Shown here piece by piece: positions 56,305-64,000 of a stretch of 64,000 nucleotides of DNA. The number at the start of each line of letters is the position of its first letter. Positions within the stretch are counted from its first letter, which is position 1. Both the position numbers and the translations under genes were made by a program. Origin of the DNA: Kiloniellaceae bacterium (GTDB taxonomy: Bacteria; Pseudomonadota; Alphaproteobacteria; Kiloniellales; J153); NCBI GenBank assembly GCA_021776175.1, contig JAJFGJ010000036.1, forward strand, positions 247,106 through 311,105. The letters are read 5' to 3'. Below the pieces are notes generated by a model. It saw only the letters and a list, made by a program, of their open reading frames with translations. It searched no databases and was not told the origin of the DNA.

Positions 56305-57020
56305 CAGCCTTGGACTCCCAGATAAAGTTCCGCGACTTCCGTATGGTTCAGCAAAACATCGGCCCGTTCGCTGAATTTGACCTGGCCGCCGGCCAGGACG
56401 TAGCCATGATCGGACATCTTGAGAGCCTGTGTCGCGTTTTGCTCAACCATGAGTACGGCCACGCCCGCCTGATTAACGCGCGCGATAATCTCGAACATCT
56501 CCTCGACCAACTTGGGCGAAAGTCCGGCGGAGGGCTCATCCAGAAGCAGGGCCGTCGGGTCGACCATGAGAGCCATTCCGAGAGCAACCATCTGGCGCTG
56601 ACCACCGGAGAGGTTTCCGGCCCGCCGATCCCGTCTTTCGCGCAGCACGGGGAAAAACCCGTAGACCATCTCCAACCGCTCTGCCTGTTTTTCAGGCAGC
56701 ACCCAGGCCCCCATCTCCAGGTTCTCCCGCACCGTGAGGGAGCGGAAAATATTAGCCTCCTGCGGCACGTAGGCGACACCCCTACGCGCGACCTCCGATG
56801 CACTCAGGCCGCTGATCTCCTTGCCAGCCACGGCGATACTCCCGGACCGGGCCGGCACGACACCGGCCACGGTCTTGATCATGGTCGATTTACCGGCCCC
56901 GTTCGGGCCGATGACGGTCACGATCTCACCTTGCCCGACTGCGAGATCGACGCCCTTGACGATATCGCCGCGGCCATAGCCTGAGACGATTCCCTTCACC
57001 TCCAAAGCCGGCGAACTCAA
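56304..57020 (-). CDS. ABC transporter ATP-binding protein (LivF-like)
   Basis: 238 aa. It has GPNGAGKST, LSGGQRQMVALG and LLLDEPSAGL. Confidence 0.9.
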   Translation of the reverse strand: MSSPALEVKGIVSGYGRGDIVKGVDLAVGQGEIVTVIGPNGAGKSTMIKTVAGVVPARSGSIAVAGKEISGLSASEVARRGVAYVPQEANIFRSLTVRENLEMGAWVLPEKQAERLEMVYGFFPVLRERRDRRAGNLSGGQRQMVALGMALMVDPTALLLDEPSAGLSPKLVEEMFEIIARVNQAGVAVLMVEQNATQALKMSDHGYVLAGGQVKFSERADVLLNHTEVAELYLGVQG

Positions 57021-57835
57021 GATACACCCCCGAGATAAGCCTCTATGACCCGCTTATCGGCGGCGATCTCATCGAAACTGCCTTCGATTAAGTGACTGCC
57101 TTCGGCCATGACCACGACCCGGTGGCACAGCTTGGCTATCAAATCCATGTCGTGCTCGACGATCAGGATCGTCTTGCCATGCTCGGCATGAAGGCGGGCG
57201 ATCATGTCGGAAAGGCGCCCCATGAGCGCCGGGTTTACCCCGGCGCCGGGCTCGTCTAGCAGAATGATTTCGGGGTCTATCATCAGCGCCCGGCCCAACT
57301 CCAGCAGCTTCTTTTGTCCTCCAGAAAGGTTGCCCGCGTATTCGCCGCGCACATGGGTCAAGTCGATTTGATCGAGTACGATCAACGCGCGGGCCTCGAT
57401 TTTGCATTCCTCTTTCCGCACTTGCCCGGCCTTGAACCACAGGCTTGCCAAGTGCTCGCCCTCTTGCCGTTGAGGCGCGAGCATGAGGTTCTCCAGGACC
57501 GTGAGGCGTGCCATTTCCCGTGAGAGCTGGAAGGTGCGGATCATACCCTTGCGCGCGATCTTGTGCGGCCGCAAGCCGGAAATATCCTCGCCAAACAAGC
57601 GCACCTCACCCTTGTCAGGCCGCATGACGCCCGAGATCAAATTGAACAAGGTCGATTTTCCAGCGCCGTTCGGCCCGATCAATCCGGTGATAAGGCCGGG
57701 GCGCACCTCGAGAGACATATCGCGCACGGCATGAATGCCGCCGAACGACTTACTGAGGCCGCCGCATTCGAGCACGGCCTCCTCGCGCGGGGCCGCATCG
57801 CGCTCCAGTACGGCTTTATTCGTTCGTTGTTTCAT
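57017..57835 (-). CDS. ABC transporter ATP-binding protein (LivG-like)
   Basis: In-frame ATG (MKQRTNKAVLERDAAPREEAVLECGGLSKSFGG) inside track ORF 57017..58054. It has GPNGAGKST, LSGGQKKLLELGRAL and a C-terminal BCA_ABC_C-like tail. Confidence 0.88.
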   Translation of the reverse strand: MKQRTNKAVLERDAAPREEAVLECGGLSKSFGGIHAVRDMSLEVRPGLITGLIGPNGAGKSTLFNLISGVMRPDKGEVRLFGEDISGLRPHKIARKGMIRTFQLSREMARLTVLENLMLAPQRQEGEHLASLWFKAGQVRKEECKIEARALIVLDQIDLTHVRGEYAGNLSGGQKKLLELGRALMIDPEIILLDEPGAGVNPALMGRLSDMIARLHAEHGKTILIVEHDMDLIAKLCHRVVVMAEGSHLIEGSFDEIAADKRVIEAYLGGVS

Positions 57836-58580
57836 GGATGTTCCGGTTAACCTGAACCGGATTGCGGCGATGGATCCTTGCGAATCACGCCCTGCGCAAT
57901 AGCGTCCCAGGTGCCCAGCAAATCGCCGTAGTATCCAGGGGTGAAATCGAAGCGCGCCGCCAGTGGCAGCGCATACTGAGTTGCTGGATTTGTTTCCTCT
58001 AGCGTCCGGTAACGCGCCGCCGCGCTTTCGCCTGTCAACTCTGGTTGAATTCAAGCTGGTCCGCTACCGGGAGCGGAGTGCCTTCGATAACGGCCATAAA
58101 GCCACCACACGAAAACAACAAACCGACCCGCCAAAATTCCGAGGCCGTGCTATCGCGCACTGAAAGGCGCCTTCCATTTCAGAGCCTCCTAACCACGGGA
58201 TCGATTTGTGCCCACCACGAGCGCCAAGGATCACCAGGCAACAATTACCTTACCTGCTCTCCAACTCTCCACCACAAATATCAAGTATTGATGTTACGTG
58301 AACTTGGCCGCAAGTCAAACTTACATTAAAAGCCCGGCGTTAGGCACGGTCCGTCGTCAAATTATTTGAGGCGCCCGGGCGTATTCGGGCAGGAGAGACT
58401 CTGGGTCATTCTTGGCTTTGATTAAAGCTTCGGCTTTCGTGTGCCGCAAGTGCTCGCATTGAAACCTCACTATTTCCAAAAATATGATATTGCCGCACCC
58501 GAAGAAGACAGCGGCGTATGCCCGCAATCCGCGATCTCACAGAAGATTTAGAGAAATAGGCTAGCCACCACGATGGTAGC

Positions 58581-59489
58581 TCAATGCCGGCCGTCATTGC
58601 CGTGGCAGGCGCCCAGAATCGGCGAGACGATACGGCTTTCCATGCTGCCGCCATCAAGCTCTTCAACCAGGGCCGAAGGCAGCCGGGTCGTGCGAGCCGC
58701 CAAGCGCCGCTCCTGGACAATCTCCGCCAGGATCGAGAGGGCGATCTCCTCCGGTGTCGCGGCGCCGATATCGAGACCCGCGGGAGCATGAAGGGAATCA
58801 ATCCGGTCCCCCGGCACACCCATCCGCGCCATAGCCTCACGCAGAGTCTCCGCTTTCTTGCGGCTGCCCACGAAGGCGACATAGGGCGCGCCGCACGACA
58901 GGGCGGCATGCAGCGCCTCGCGGTCGCGCTTGCCTTGGGTCGCCACCACCACGTAACCGGTTCCAGCTCCCGATACCCGAGTCAGATCGAAGCCCTCGAT
59001 GCGGGCATCCACTTCGGCGAACCCGGCCTGGTCCTCGGGCAAGGCCGCGGCGGTCACGGCAAAGCCGGCGCGGCGGCCCAATTCAGCCAAGGCGCGCGCC
59101 ACCGGCGAACCGCCGGCCACGATCAAGGCCGGGCGCGGCAGGATCGGTTCGACAAAGACCTCGACGGTGCCGCCGCTGGGACAAGCGCTCTTATGCATCT
59201 CGACCCCCGCCTCGGCCGGCTCTTGCGCCAAGCGTTCCTTGGGGTGAATACGAACCAAGCGCGCCTGCCCGTCGGACAATACCCGCGCCGCCGCCTTGCG
59301 CACTGCCCCCAGAGTACAGCCACCGCCGACCCAGCCAACCACCGTGCCATCGGCGCGCACGACCGCCTTGGCGCCGGCCTTGGCCGCCGTGGCATCCTCG
59401 GTGCGGATGACGGTGGCCAGCGCGAAGGGTTGACCGTCGCCCTTCATGCGCGCCATGCAGTCGATGATGTCTTCCTGATTCTGAGTCAT
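58581..59489 (-). CDS. coxF: XdhC/CoxF-family molybdenum-cofactor maturation protein
   Basis: 302 aa. It has FALATVIRTEDATAAKAGAKAVVRADGTVVGWVGGGC, a central Rossmann-like segment, and sits directly after coxE. The symbol is assigned by position. Confidence 0.65.
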   Translation of the reverse strand: MTQNQEDIIDCMARMKGDGQPFALATVIRTEDATAAKAGAKAVVRADGTVVGWVGGGCTLGAVRKAAARVLSDGQARLVRIHPKERLAQEPAEAGVEMHKSACPSGGTVEVFVEPILPRPALIVAGGSPVARALAELGRRAGFAVTAAALPEDQAGFAEVDARIEGFDLTRVSGAGTGYVVVATQGKRDREALHAALSCGAPYVAFVGSRKKAETLREAMARMGVPGDRIDSLHAPAGLDIGAATPEEIALSILAEIVQERRLAARTTRLPSALVEELDGGSMESRIVSPILGACHGNDGRH

Positions 59490-59512
59490 GGGCTGCTCCT
59501 AAAGCCTCGCCT

Positions 59513-60688
59513 TCATAATTTCGCCAGATAAGGTTCCAAGGCCGCCAAGCTCTCCAGGTTGTGCGCCGGCGCGAACAGATCGACATGCGGTAACGCCACC
59601 GCCATGCCCTGGGCGACCGGCGCATAGTCGCGCCAAGCGATCATCGGATTGAGCCAGACGATTCTCTTGGCCCGCCGCTTCAGGCGTGCCATCTCCGCGC
59701 CCAGGATCTCGGGCGAACCGGTGTCGTAGCCGTCGCTGACGATCATCACCGCCGTACGGCTGGTGATGGCACTGGCCGCGTAATTGCGATTGAAGGCCGC
59801 CAGGCAGTCGCCGATGCGCGTGCCGCCGGCCCAGCCAGCCGCCATCAAAGACATGCGCTCCAATGCCTTCTCGGTATCGCGTTCGCGCATCGCGGCGCTG
59901 ATATGAATCAAACGGGTGTGGAATACAAAAGCTTCGGCCTGGCGGAAATTATCGAGGACCCCGCGTATAAAGCGGACGAAGAAAGTGCTGTAGAGATTCA
60001 TGGAGCCGCTGGCATCGAGAATGACCACCAAGCGCAGCGGCTTTGGCCAGCGCTTGCGGTAAGCAAGCTGCATCGGCGTGCCGCCGAAGCGGATCGAGCG
60101 GTGGATCACCTCGCGCAAATCGAGCCGGCGGCCGCGACGGCGGCGCCGTTCGCGCCGGGTCAGGCGATATTTCATGCGGGCAGCAAAACGTTCGGTCAGG
60201 TCACCAATGCGCGCTAGTTCGTCCGGATCATTGACGTGACGCAAGTCGGCAGCCGCCAAGGATTCGGCAAGGCTGGCACCGCCGCGCCGCCCCTCGCCCC
60301 CTTCGGCGTCAGCGCCTTGGCCGCTATCGACACCGAGCACCGGGCCGGTGGGCCTGCCAGCATCGATATCCTCCGCCGATGCCTTCCTGGAACCCTGGTC
60401 GCTGACCCGGGCCTCCTGCAACTTCCCATGGCCGCGCCAATACAGATCGAAAATCTCGTCGAAGCGCCGCCAGTCGGTCCGCGACGCACAGAGCAGGCAG
60501 CGCAAGGCCCAGCGGAACCCATCGCGGTGACCCAGTTCGGCCTGGCGCGCCGCGCGCAGGCCATCGATAGTTTCGCGTAATCCCACCGGAAAACCATTGT
60601 CGCGCAGAACCCGCACGAAACCGACAAGGCGCCGGGCCAACATTTCGCCGCCACCGCGAGGCCGTAGGATGGCAACATCGCCGGTCAT
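59513..60688 (-). CDS. coxE: VWA-domain protein CoxE
   Basis: 391 aa. It has the vWA MIDAS block VVILDASGSM. Its start overlaps the stop of the MoxR ATPase gene (coxD) by 4 nt. Confidence 0.75.
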   Translation of the reverse strand: MTGDVAILRPRGGGEMLARRLVGFVRVLRDNGFPVGLRETIDGLRAARQAELGHRDGFRWALRCLLCASRTDWRRFDEIFDLYWRGHGKLQEARVSDQGSRKASAEDIDAGRPTGPVLGVDSGQGADAEGGEGRRGGASLAESLAAADLRHVNDPDELARIGDLTERFAARMKYRLTRRERRRRRGRRLDLREVIHRSIRFGGTPMQLAYRKRWPKPLRLVVILDASGSMNLYSTFFVRFIRGVLDNFRQAEAFVFHTRLIHISAAMRERDTEKALERMSLMAAGWAGGTRIGDCLAAFNRNYAASAITSRTAVMIVSDGYDTGSPEILGAEMARLKRRAKRIVWLNPMIAWRDYAPVAQGMAVALPHVDLFAPAHNLESLAALEPYLAKL

Positions 60689-61566
60689 CCCGCTTTTCCA
60701 GCCAGCCGCTCAACCACTTCGATAGGCACGGCGGCCTGGTCTTCTTGTGTCTTCAAGAGGCACATCAAGCTTTCGTGCAAGGCCTGCGGATCGGTGCGCA
60801 GGTCCTTAACTCCGATACCCACGAGTGCCGCCGCCCAGTCGAGTGTTTCGGCCACGCCGGGTTTCTTATGCAAATCCTCCTTACGCAAGGCCTGCACAAA
60901 CCGTACAACCTGAGCCACCAGCGCATTTTCGATACCCGGTAAGCGGGCGGTGACGATCCGCATCTCCTTGGCCTCGCTGGGAAGATCGACGTAGTGGTAA
61001 AGACAACGCCGGCGCAGCGCATCCGAGAGCTCGCGCGTACCGTTGGACGTGAGCACCACATAGGGGATCGCGCTAGCGGTCACCGTACCGAGTTCGGGAA
61101 TGCTGATCTGGAAATCTGAAAGGACCTCCAGAAGGTAGGCCTCGAACTCCTCGTCCGCCCGGTCGATCTCGTCGACCAGAAGAACCGGCGGCTTTTCCAT
61201 TGAAATTGCTTTAAGCAGCGGCCGCTTGAGGAGGAAATCCTCATCGAAGATATGCCGCTCTTTCTCCTCGGCGGTGCGGTCCTCGCTTTCCCAAATCTTG
61301 ATAGCTAGAAGCTGGCGCTGATAGTCCCATTCGTAGACGGCGGCGCTGGCATCCAGTCCTTCGTAGCACTGAAGGCGGATCAGCGGTGTTTCCAACACCT
61401 CGGCCAGGGCCTTGGCAACCTCTGTCTTGCCGACCCCGGCCTCGCCCTCGATCAGGAGCGGCCGGGAAAGCTGCCGCATCAGGACAATGGCCGTGGCAAG
61501 CTGTGGGCCGGCGACATAGCCGACCGCGCCCAGCCGCTTAAGAACCTCCTCGCGATCCAGAGTCAT
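60685..61566 (-). CDS. coxD: MoxR-type AAA+ ATPase CoxD
   Basis: 293 aa. It has Walker A GEAGVGKTE, Walker B LLVDEIDRA, and the size and position of CoxD. Confidence 0.8.
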   Translation of the reverse strand: MTLDREEVLKRLGAVGYVAGPQLATAIVLMRQLSRPLLIEGEAGVGKTEVAKALAEVLETPLIRLQCYEGLDASAAVYEWDYQRQLLAIKIWESEDRTAEEKERHIFDEDFLLKRPLLKAISMEKPPVLLVDEIDRADEEFEAYLLEVLSDFQISIPELGTVTASAIPYVVLTSNGTRELSDALRRRCLYHYVDLPSEAKEMRIVTARLPGIENALVAQVVRFVQALRKEDLHKKPGVAETLDWAAALVGIGVKDLRTDPQALHESLMCLLKTQEDQAAVPIEVVERLAGKAG

Positions 61567-61593
61567 GCCGCCGCCCCTTTCGCCGGGCCCGTC

Positions 61594-63999
61594 TCACTCG
61601 CCGATACCCAAGGCCTCGCACTGCTTCCACACCCGCCACGGTGTGTGCGGCATGGGCATGTGGGTGACATCCAAATGGGCGAAGGCATCGACAACCGCGT
61701 TGGAGAAAGCGGAAACGCCACCGACATTGGGGCTTTCGCCCACACCCTTGGCGCCGATAGGATGATGCGGCGAGGGCGTGACGGTGTGGCCGGTCTCCCA
61801 GACCGGAGTTTCCACCGCCGTCGGCACGAAGTAGTCCATCAGACTGGCACCCTGGATATTTCCGGTCTCGTCGAAGATGAGTTCTTGCCCCATGGCGATG
61901 GCGAAGGCCTCGGTCAGGCCGCCGTGTACCTGGCCCTCGATTATCATAGGGTTGATCCGCGTGCCGCAATCGTCGAGAGCATAAAAGCGCCGCACCTTCA
62001 CCTCGCCGGTCAAACGATCGACATCCACCACACACAGATAAGCGCCGAAGGGATAGGTGAAGTTGGGCGGGTCGTAATAATTGACCGCTTCCAGCCCGGG
62101 TTCCATGCCCTCCGGCAGGCTTTGGTAGGCGGCAAAGGCGATCTGCTTCATGGTCGCCACTTTCTCCGGCAGGCCCTTGACCTTGAAGCGGTCGATTTCC
62201 CATTCCAGATCGCCTTCCGCGACCTCGAGCATGTGAGCGGCGATTTTCTGCGCCTTGGCTCTGATTTTGCGCGCCGCATGCGCCGCCGCCGCGCCGGCCA
62301 CGGGGGTCGAGCGCGAACCATAGGTCCCCAGGCCGTAGGGTGCGGTATCGGTATCGCCTTCCTCCACAGCGATATCGTCGGAGGGTAGCCCTAATTCGGT
62401 CGCGATAATCTGGGCATAGGTGGTTTCGTGGCCCTGTCCCTGTGACTTGGTACCCAGGCGGGCAATGGCGCTGCCGGTCGGATGGACGCGGATTTCACAG
62501 GAATCAAACATACCGATTCCCAGAATGTCGCAGTTGCGCGATGGCCCGGCGCCGACGATTTCGGTAAAGGTCGCAATACCGATGCCCATAAGCTCGCCGC
62601 GTTCGCGCTTCTCCGCCTGTTCCTCGCGCAGTCCTTTATAATCGACGGCATCGAGCACCTTCGCCAGCGCCCTGGGGTAATCGCCGCTATCGTAGTCCCA
62701 GCCTAGGCAGGAGGTGTAGGGAAACTGTTCCGGCTTGATAAAGTTGCGGGCACGAATTTCCGCCTTGTCGAGACCTACCTTTTGGGCCAGCACATCGATC
62801 ATGCGCTCGATCAGGTAGGAGGCCTCGGTCACCCGGAAGGAGCAACGGTAGGCCACGCCGCCCGGCGCCTTGTTGGTATAAACCCCGTCCACCGATACAT
62901 GCGCCGCCGGAATGTCGTAGCTGCCGGTGACAATGCTGAACAGGCCCGCCGGCCACTTGGTCGGCTGGGCGTGCGCGTTAAAGGCGCCGTGATCCGCCAG
63001 CACATAGACCCGCAAGCCCGTGATGCGGCCGTCTTCATCGGCGGCCAACTCGCCGGTCATGTGGTAGTCGCGCGCGAAAGCGGTGGTCGAGATATTGTCG
63101 ATGCGGTTCTCGACCCACTTCACGGGTCGGCCGAGGACGATCGTTCCCACGACCGAGCAGACATAACCCGGATAGGCACCGACCTTGTTGCCGAAACCGC
63201 CGCCGATATCCGGCGCGATGACACGGATTTTATGCTCCGGCAGGCCGGCGATGAGAGAGACGATCGTGCGCACGACATGGGGTGCCTGGAAGGTTCCATA
63301 AACCGTTAGCTCGCCCGTGATCTTATCCATGGAGGCAACGCAGCCGCATGGCTCCAGCGGGCATGGGTGCACACGCTGATATAAGACATCCTCCTTCACC
63401 GTCACCGCGGCGCCGGCAAACGCCTTGTCGGTCGCACCCTTGTCGCCGACATCCCAATTGAAAATATGGTTCGGATGCTTGCGCGGACCCTGGCCGACAT
63501 CGTCCTTGGCCGCTGCATCTTCGCGCAGAACCGGGGCGTCCTTGGCCAGGGCCTGCTTCGGATCGACCAAGACCGGCAGATCCTCGTAGTCGATCTCAAC
63601 TGCCTGAACGCCATCCGAAACGGCGTAGCGGTCCTCGCCTATGACGAAGGCGACTTCCTGGTTCTGAAAATGAACCTTCTCGTCCGCCAGCACCGCCTGG
63701 CTATCGCCGGCCAGGGTCGGCATCCAGTGCAAATTAAGTGGCTTTAAATCGTTCGCGGTCAGCACCGCGAGCACACCGGGGACCGCCAAGGCCTTTTCCG
63801 TGTCGATGGATTTAATCCGGGCGTGAGCATGGGGGCTGCGCACGAAGTCGCCGAAGACCTGGCCCGGCAATTTCACATCGTCGACATAGTTGCCCTTGCC
63901 TTGAATGAAGCGAACATCTTCCTTGCGCCGCCGGGCGCAGCCGATGCCACCAATCGTTGCTTCGCGCTGCTCAAGAGTCATTTCTGATGCGTCGCTCAT
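61594..63999 (-). CDS. coxL: Aerobic carbon-monoxide dehydrogenase large (Mo-Cu, molybdopterin) subunit, form I
   Basis: 801 aa. The active-site loop [14 protein letters not shown] carries the form I signature AYRCSFR, whereas form II has AYRGAGR. The start ATG lies at 63999-63997, so the CDS is just complete. coxM and coxS would lie beyond the right edge. Confidence 0.9.
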   Translation of the reverse strand: MSDASEMTLEQREATIGGIGCARRRKEDVRFIQGKGNYVDDVKLPGQVFGDFVRSPHAHARIKSIDTEKALAVPGVLAVLTANDLKPLNLHWMPTLAGDSQAVLADEKVHFQNQEVAFVIGEDRYAVSDGVQAVEIDYEDLPVLVDPKQALAKDAPVLREDAAAKDDVGQGPRKHPNHIFNWDVGDKGATDKAFAGAAVTVKEDVLYQRVHPCPLEPCGCVASMDKITGELTVYGTFQAPHVVRTIVSLIAGLPEHKIRVIAPDIGGGFGNKVGAYPGYVCSVVGTIVLGRPVKWVENRIDNISTTAFARDYHMTGELAADEDGRITGLRVYVLADHGAFNAHAQPTKWPAGLFSIVTGSYDIPAAHVSVDGVYTNKAPGGVAYRCSFRVTEASYLIERMIDVLAQKVGLDKAEIRARNFIKPEQFPYTSCLGWDYDSGDYPRALAKVLDAVDYKGLREEQAEKRERGELMGIGIATFTEIVGAGPSRNCDILGIGMFDSCEIRVHPTGSAIARLGTKSQGQGHETTYAQIIATELGLPSDDIAVEEGDTDTAPYGLGTYGSRSTPVAGAAAAHAARKIRAKAQKIAAHMLEVAEGDLEWEIDRFKVKGLPEKVATMKQIAFAAYQSLPEGMEPGLEAVNYYDPPNFTYPFGAYLCVVDVDRLTGEVKVRRFYALDDCGTRINPMIIEGQVHGGLTEAFAIAMGQELIFDETGNIQGASLMDYFVPTAVETPVWETGHTVTPSPHHPIGAKGVGESPNVGGVSAFSNAVVDAFAHLDVTHMPMPHTPWRVWKQCEALGIGE

Positions 64000-64000
64000 T

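Noticed and set aside
1-64000. Search by eye for tRNA/rRNA genes, CRISPR arrays, IS elements, integrases, toxin-antitoxin pairs or known defence-system genes
   Set aside because: None was found. There is no T-loop-like GGTTCGAATCC in intergenic DNA, and no spaced direct-repeat array apart from the 3 x 20 bp repeat at 14281-14339. No transposase, recombinase, nuclease-helicase or other defence-type domain appears among the ORFs. The intergenic regions are mostly under 200 bp.

Overview
High-GC (about 63-66% by eye), densely coding segment that looks like an alphaproteobacterial chromosome or megaplasmid. I support about 60 CDS. I saw no rRNA, tRNA, CRISPR array, transposase or integrase. Left to right: (1) a truncated D-carbamoylase plus a diaminopropionate ammonia-lyase, divergent from a Dpp/Opp-type ABC importer and an MFS gene. 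(2) A long minus-strand string (14757 down to 7975): folB, phhB, an unlisted 25-codon pqqA, pqqD, D-aminoacylase, a flavoprotein disulfide reductase, YaiI, an MBL-fold lactonase-like hydrolase and a HIBADH-family dehydrogenase. (3) A methyltransferase followed by a second Dpp-type importer that has no binding-protein gene. (4) serB, divergent from a GntR/HutC regulator and an ehuABCD-like amino-acid ABC system that ends in doeA/doeB-like ectoine-type hydrolases. (5) An ABC-F (Uup-like) gene and a DksA/TraR gene. (6) A three-component HcnABC/OoxAB/LhpBEF-type flavoenzyme plus another FAD oxidase, divergent from four hydrolases (M20, amidase, M81/MlrC, GGT). (7) A complete ccoNOQP-ccoGHIS (fixNOQP-GHIS) cbb3 oxidase locus with a FixK/FNR box. 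(8) An FAD oxidoreductase, then a minus-strand LIV-type ABC system with an AhpD-like protein and a two-cysteine maleate-isomerase-like protein. (9) coxL (form I signature AYRCSFR), coxD, coxE and coxF of aerobic CO dehydrogenase. The most unusual item is the stand-alone pqqA-pqqD pair with no pqqB/C/E in the window. Other points worth follow-up are paired TGGT-N4-ACCA palindromes that look like operators of the GntR regulator, the non-canonical gene content of the ectoine-like locus, and the oxidase/hydrolase island. All functional calls come from motif recognition by eye, and no database search was run. Many long antisense ORFs in the track are treated as GC-frame artefacts.
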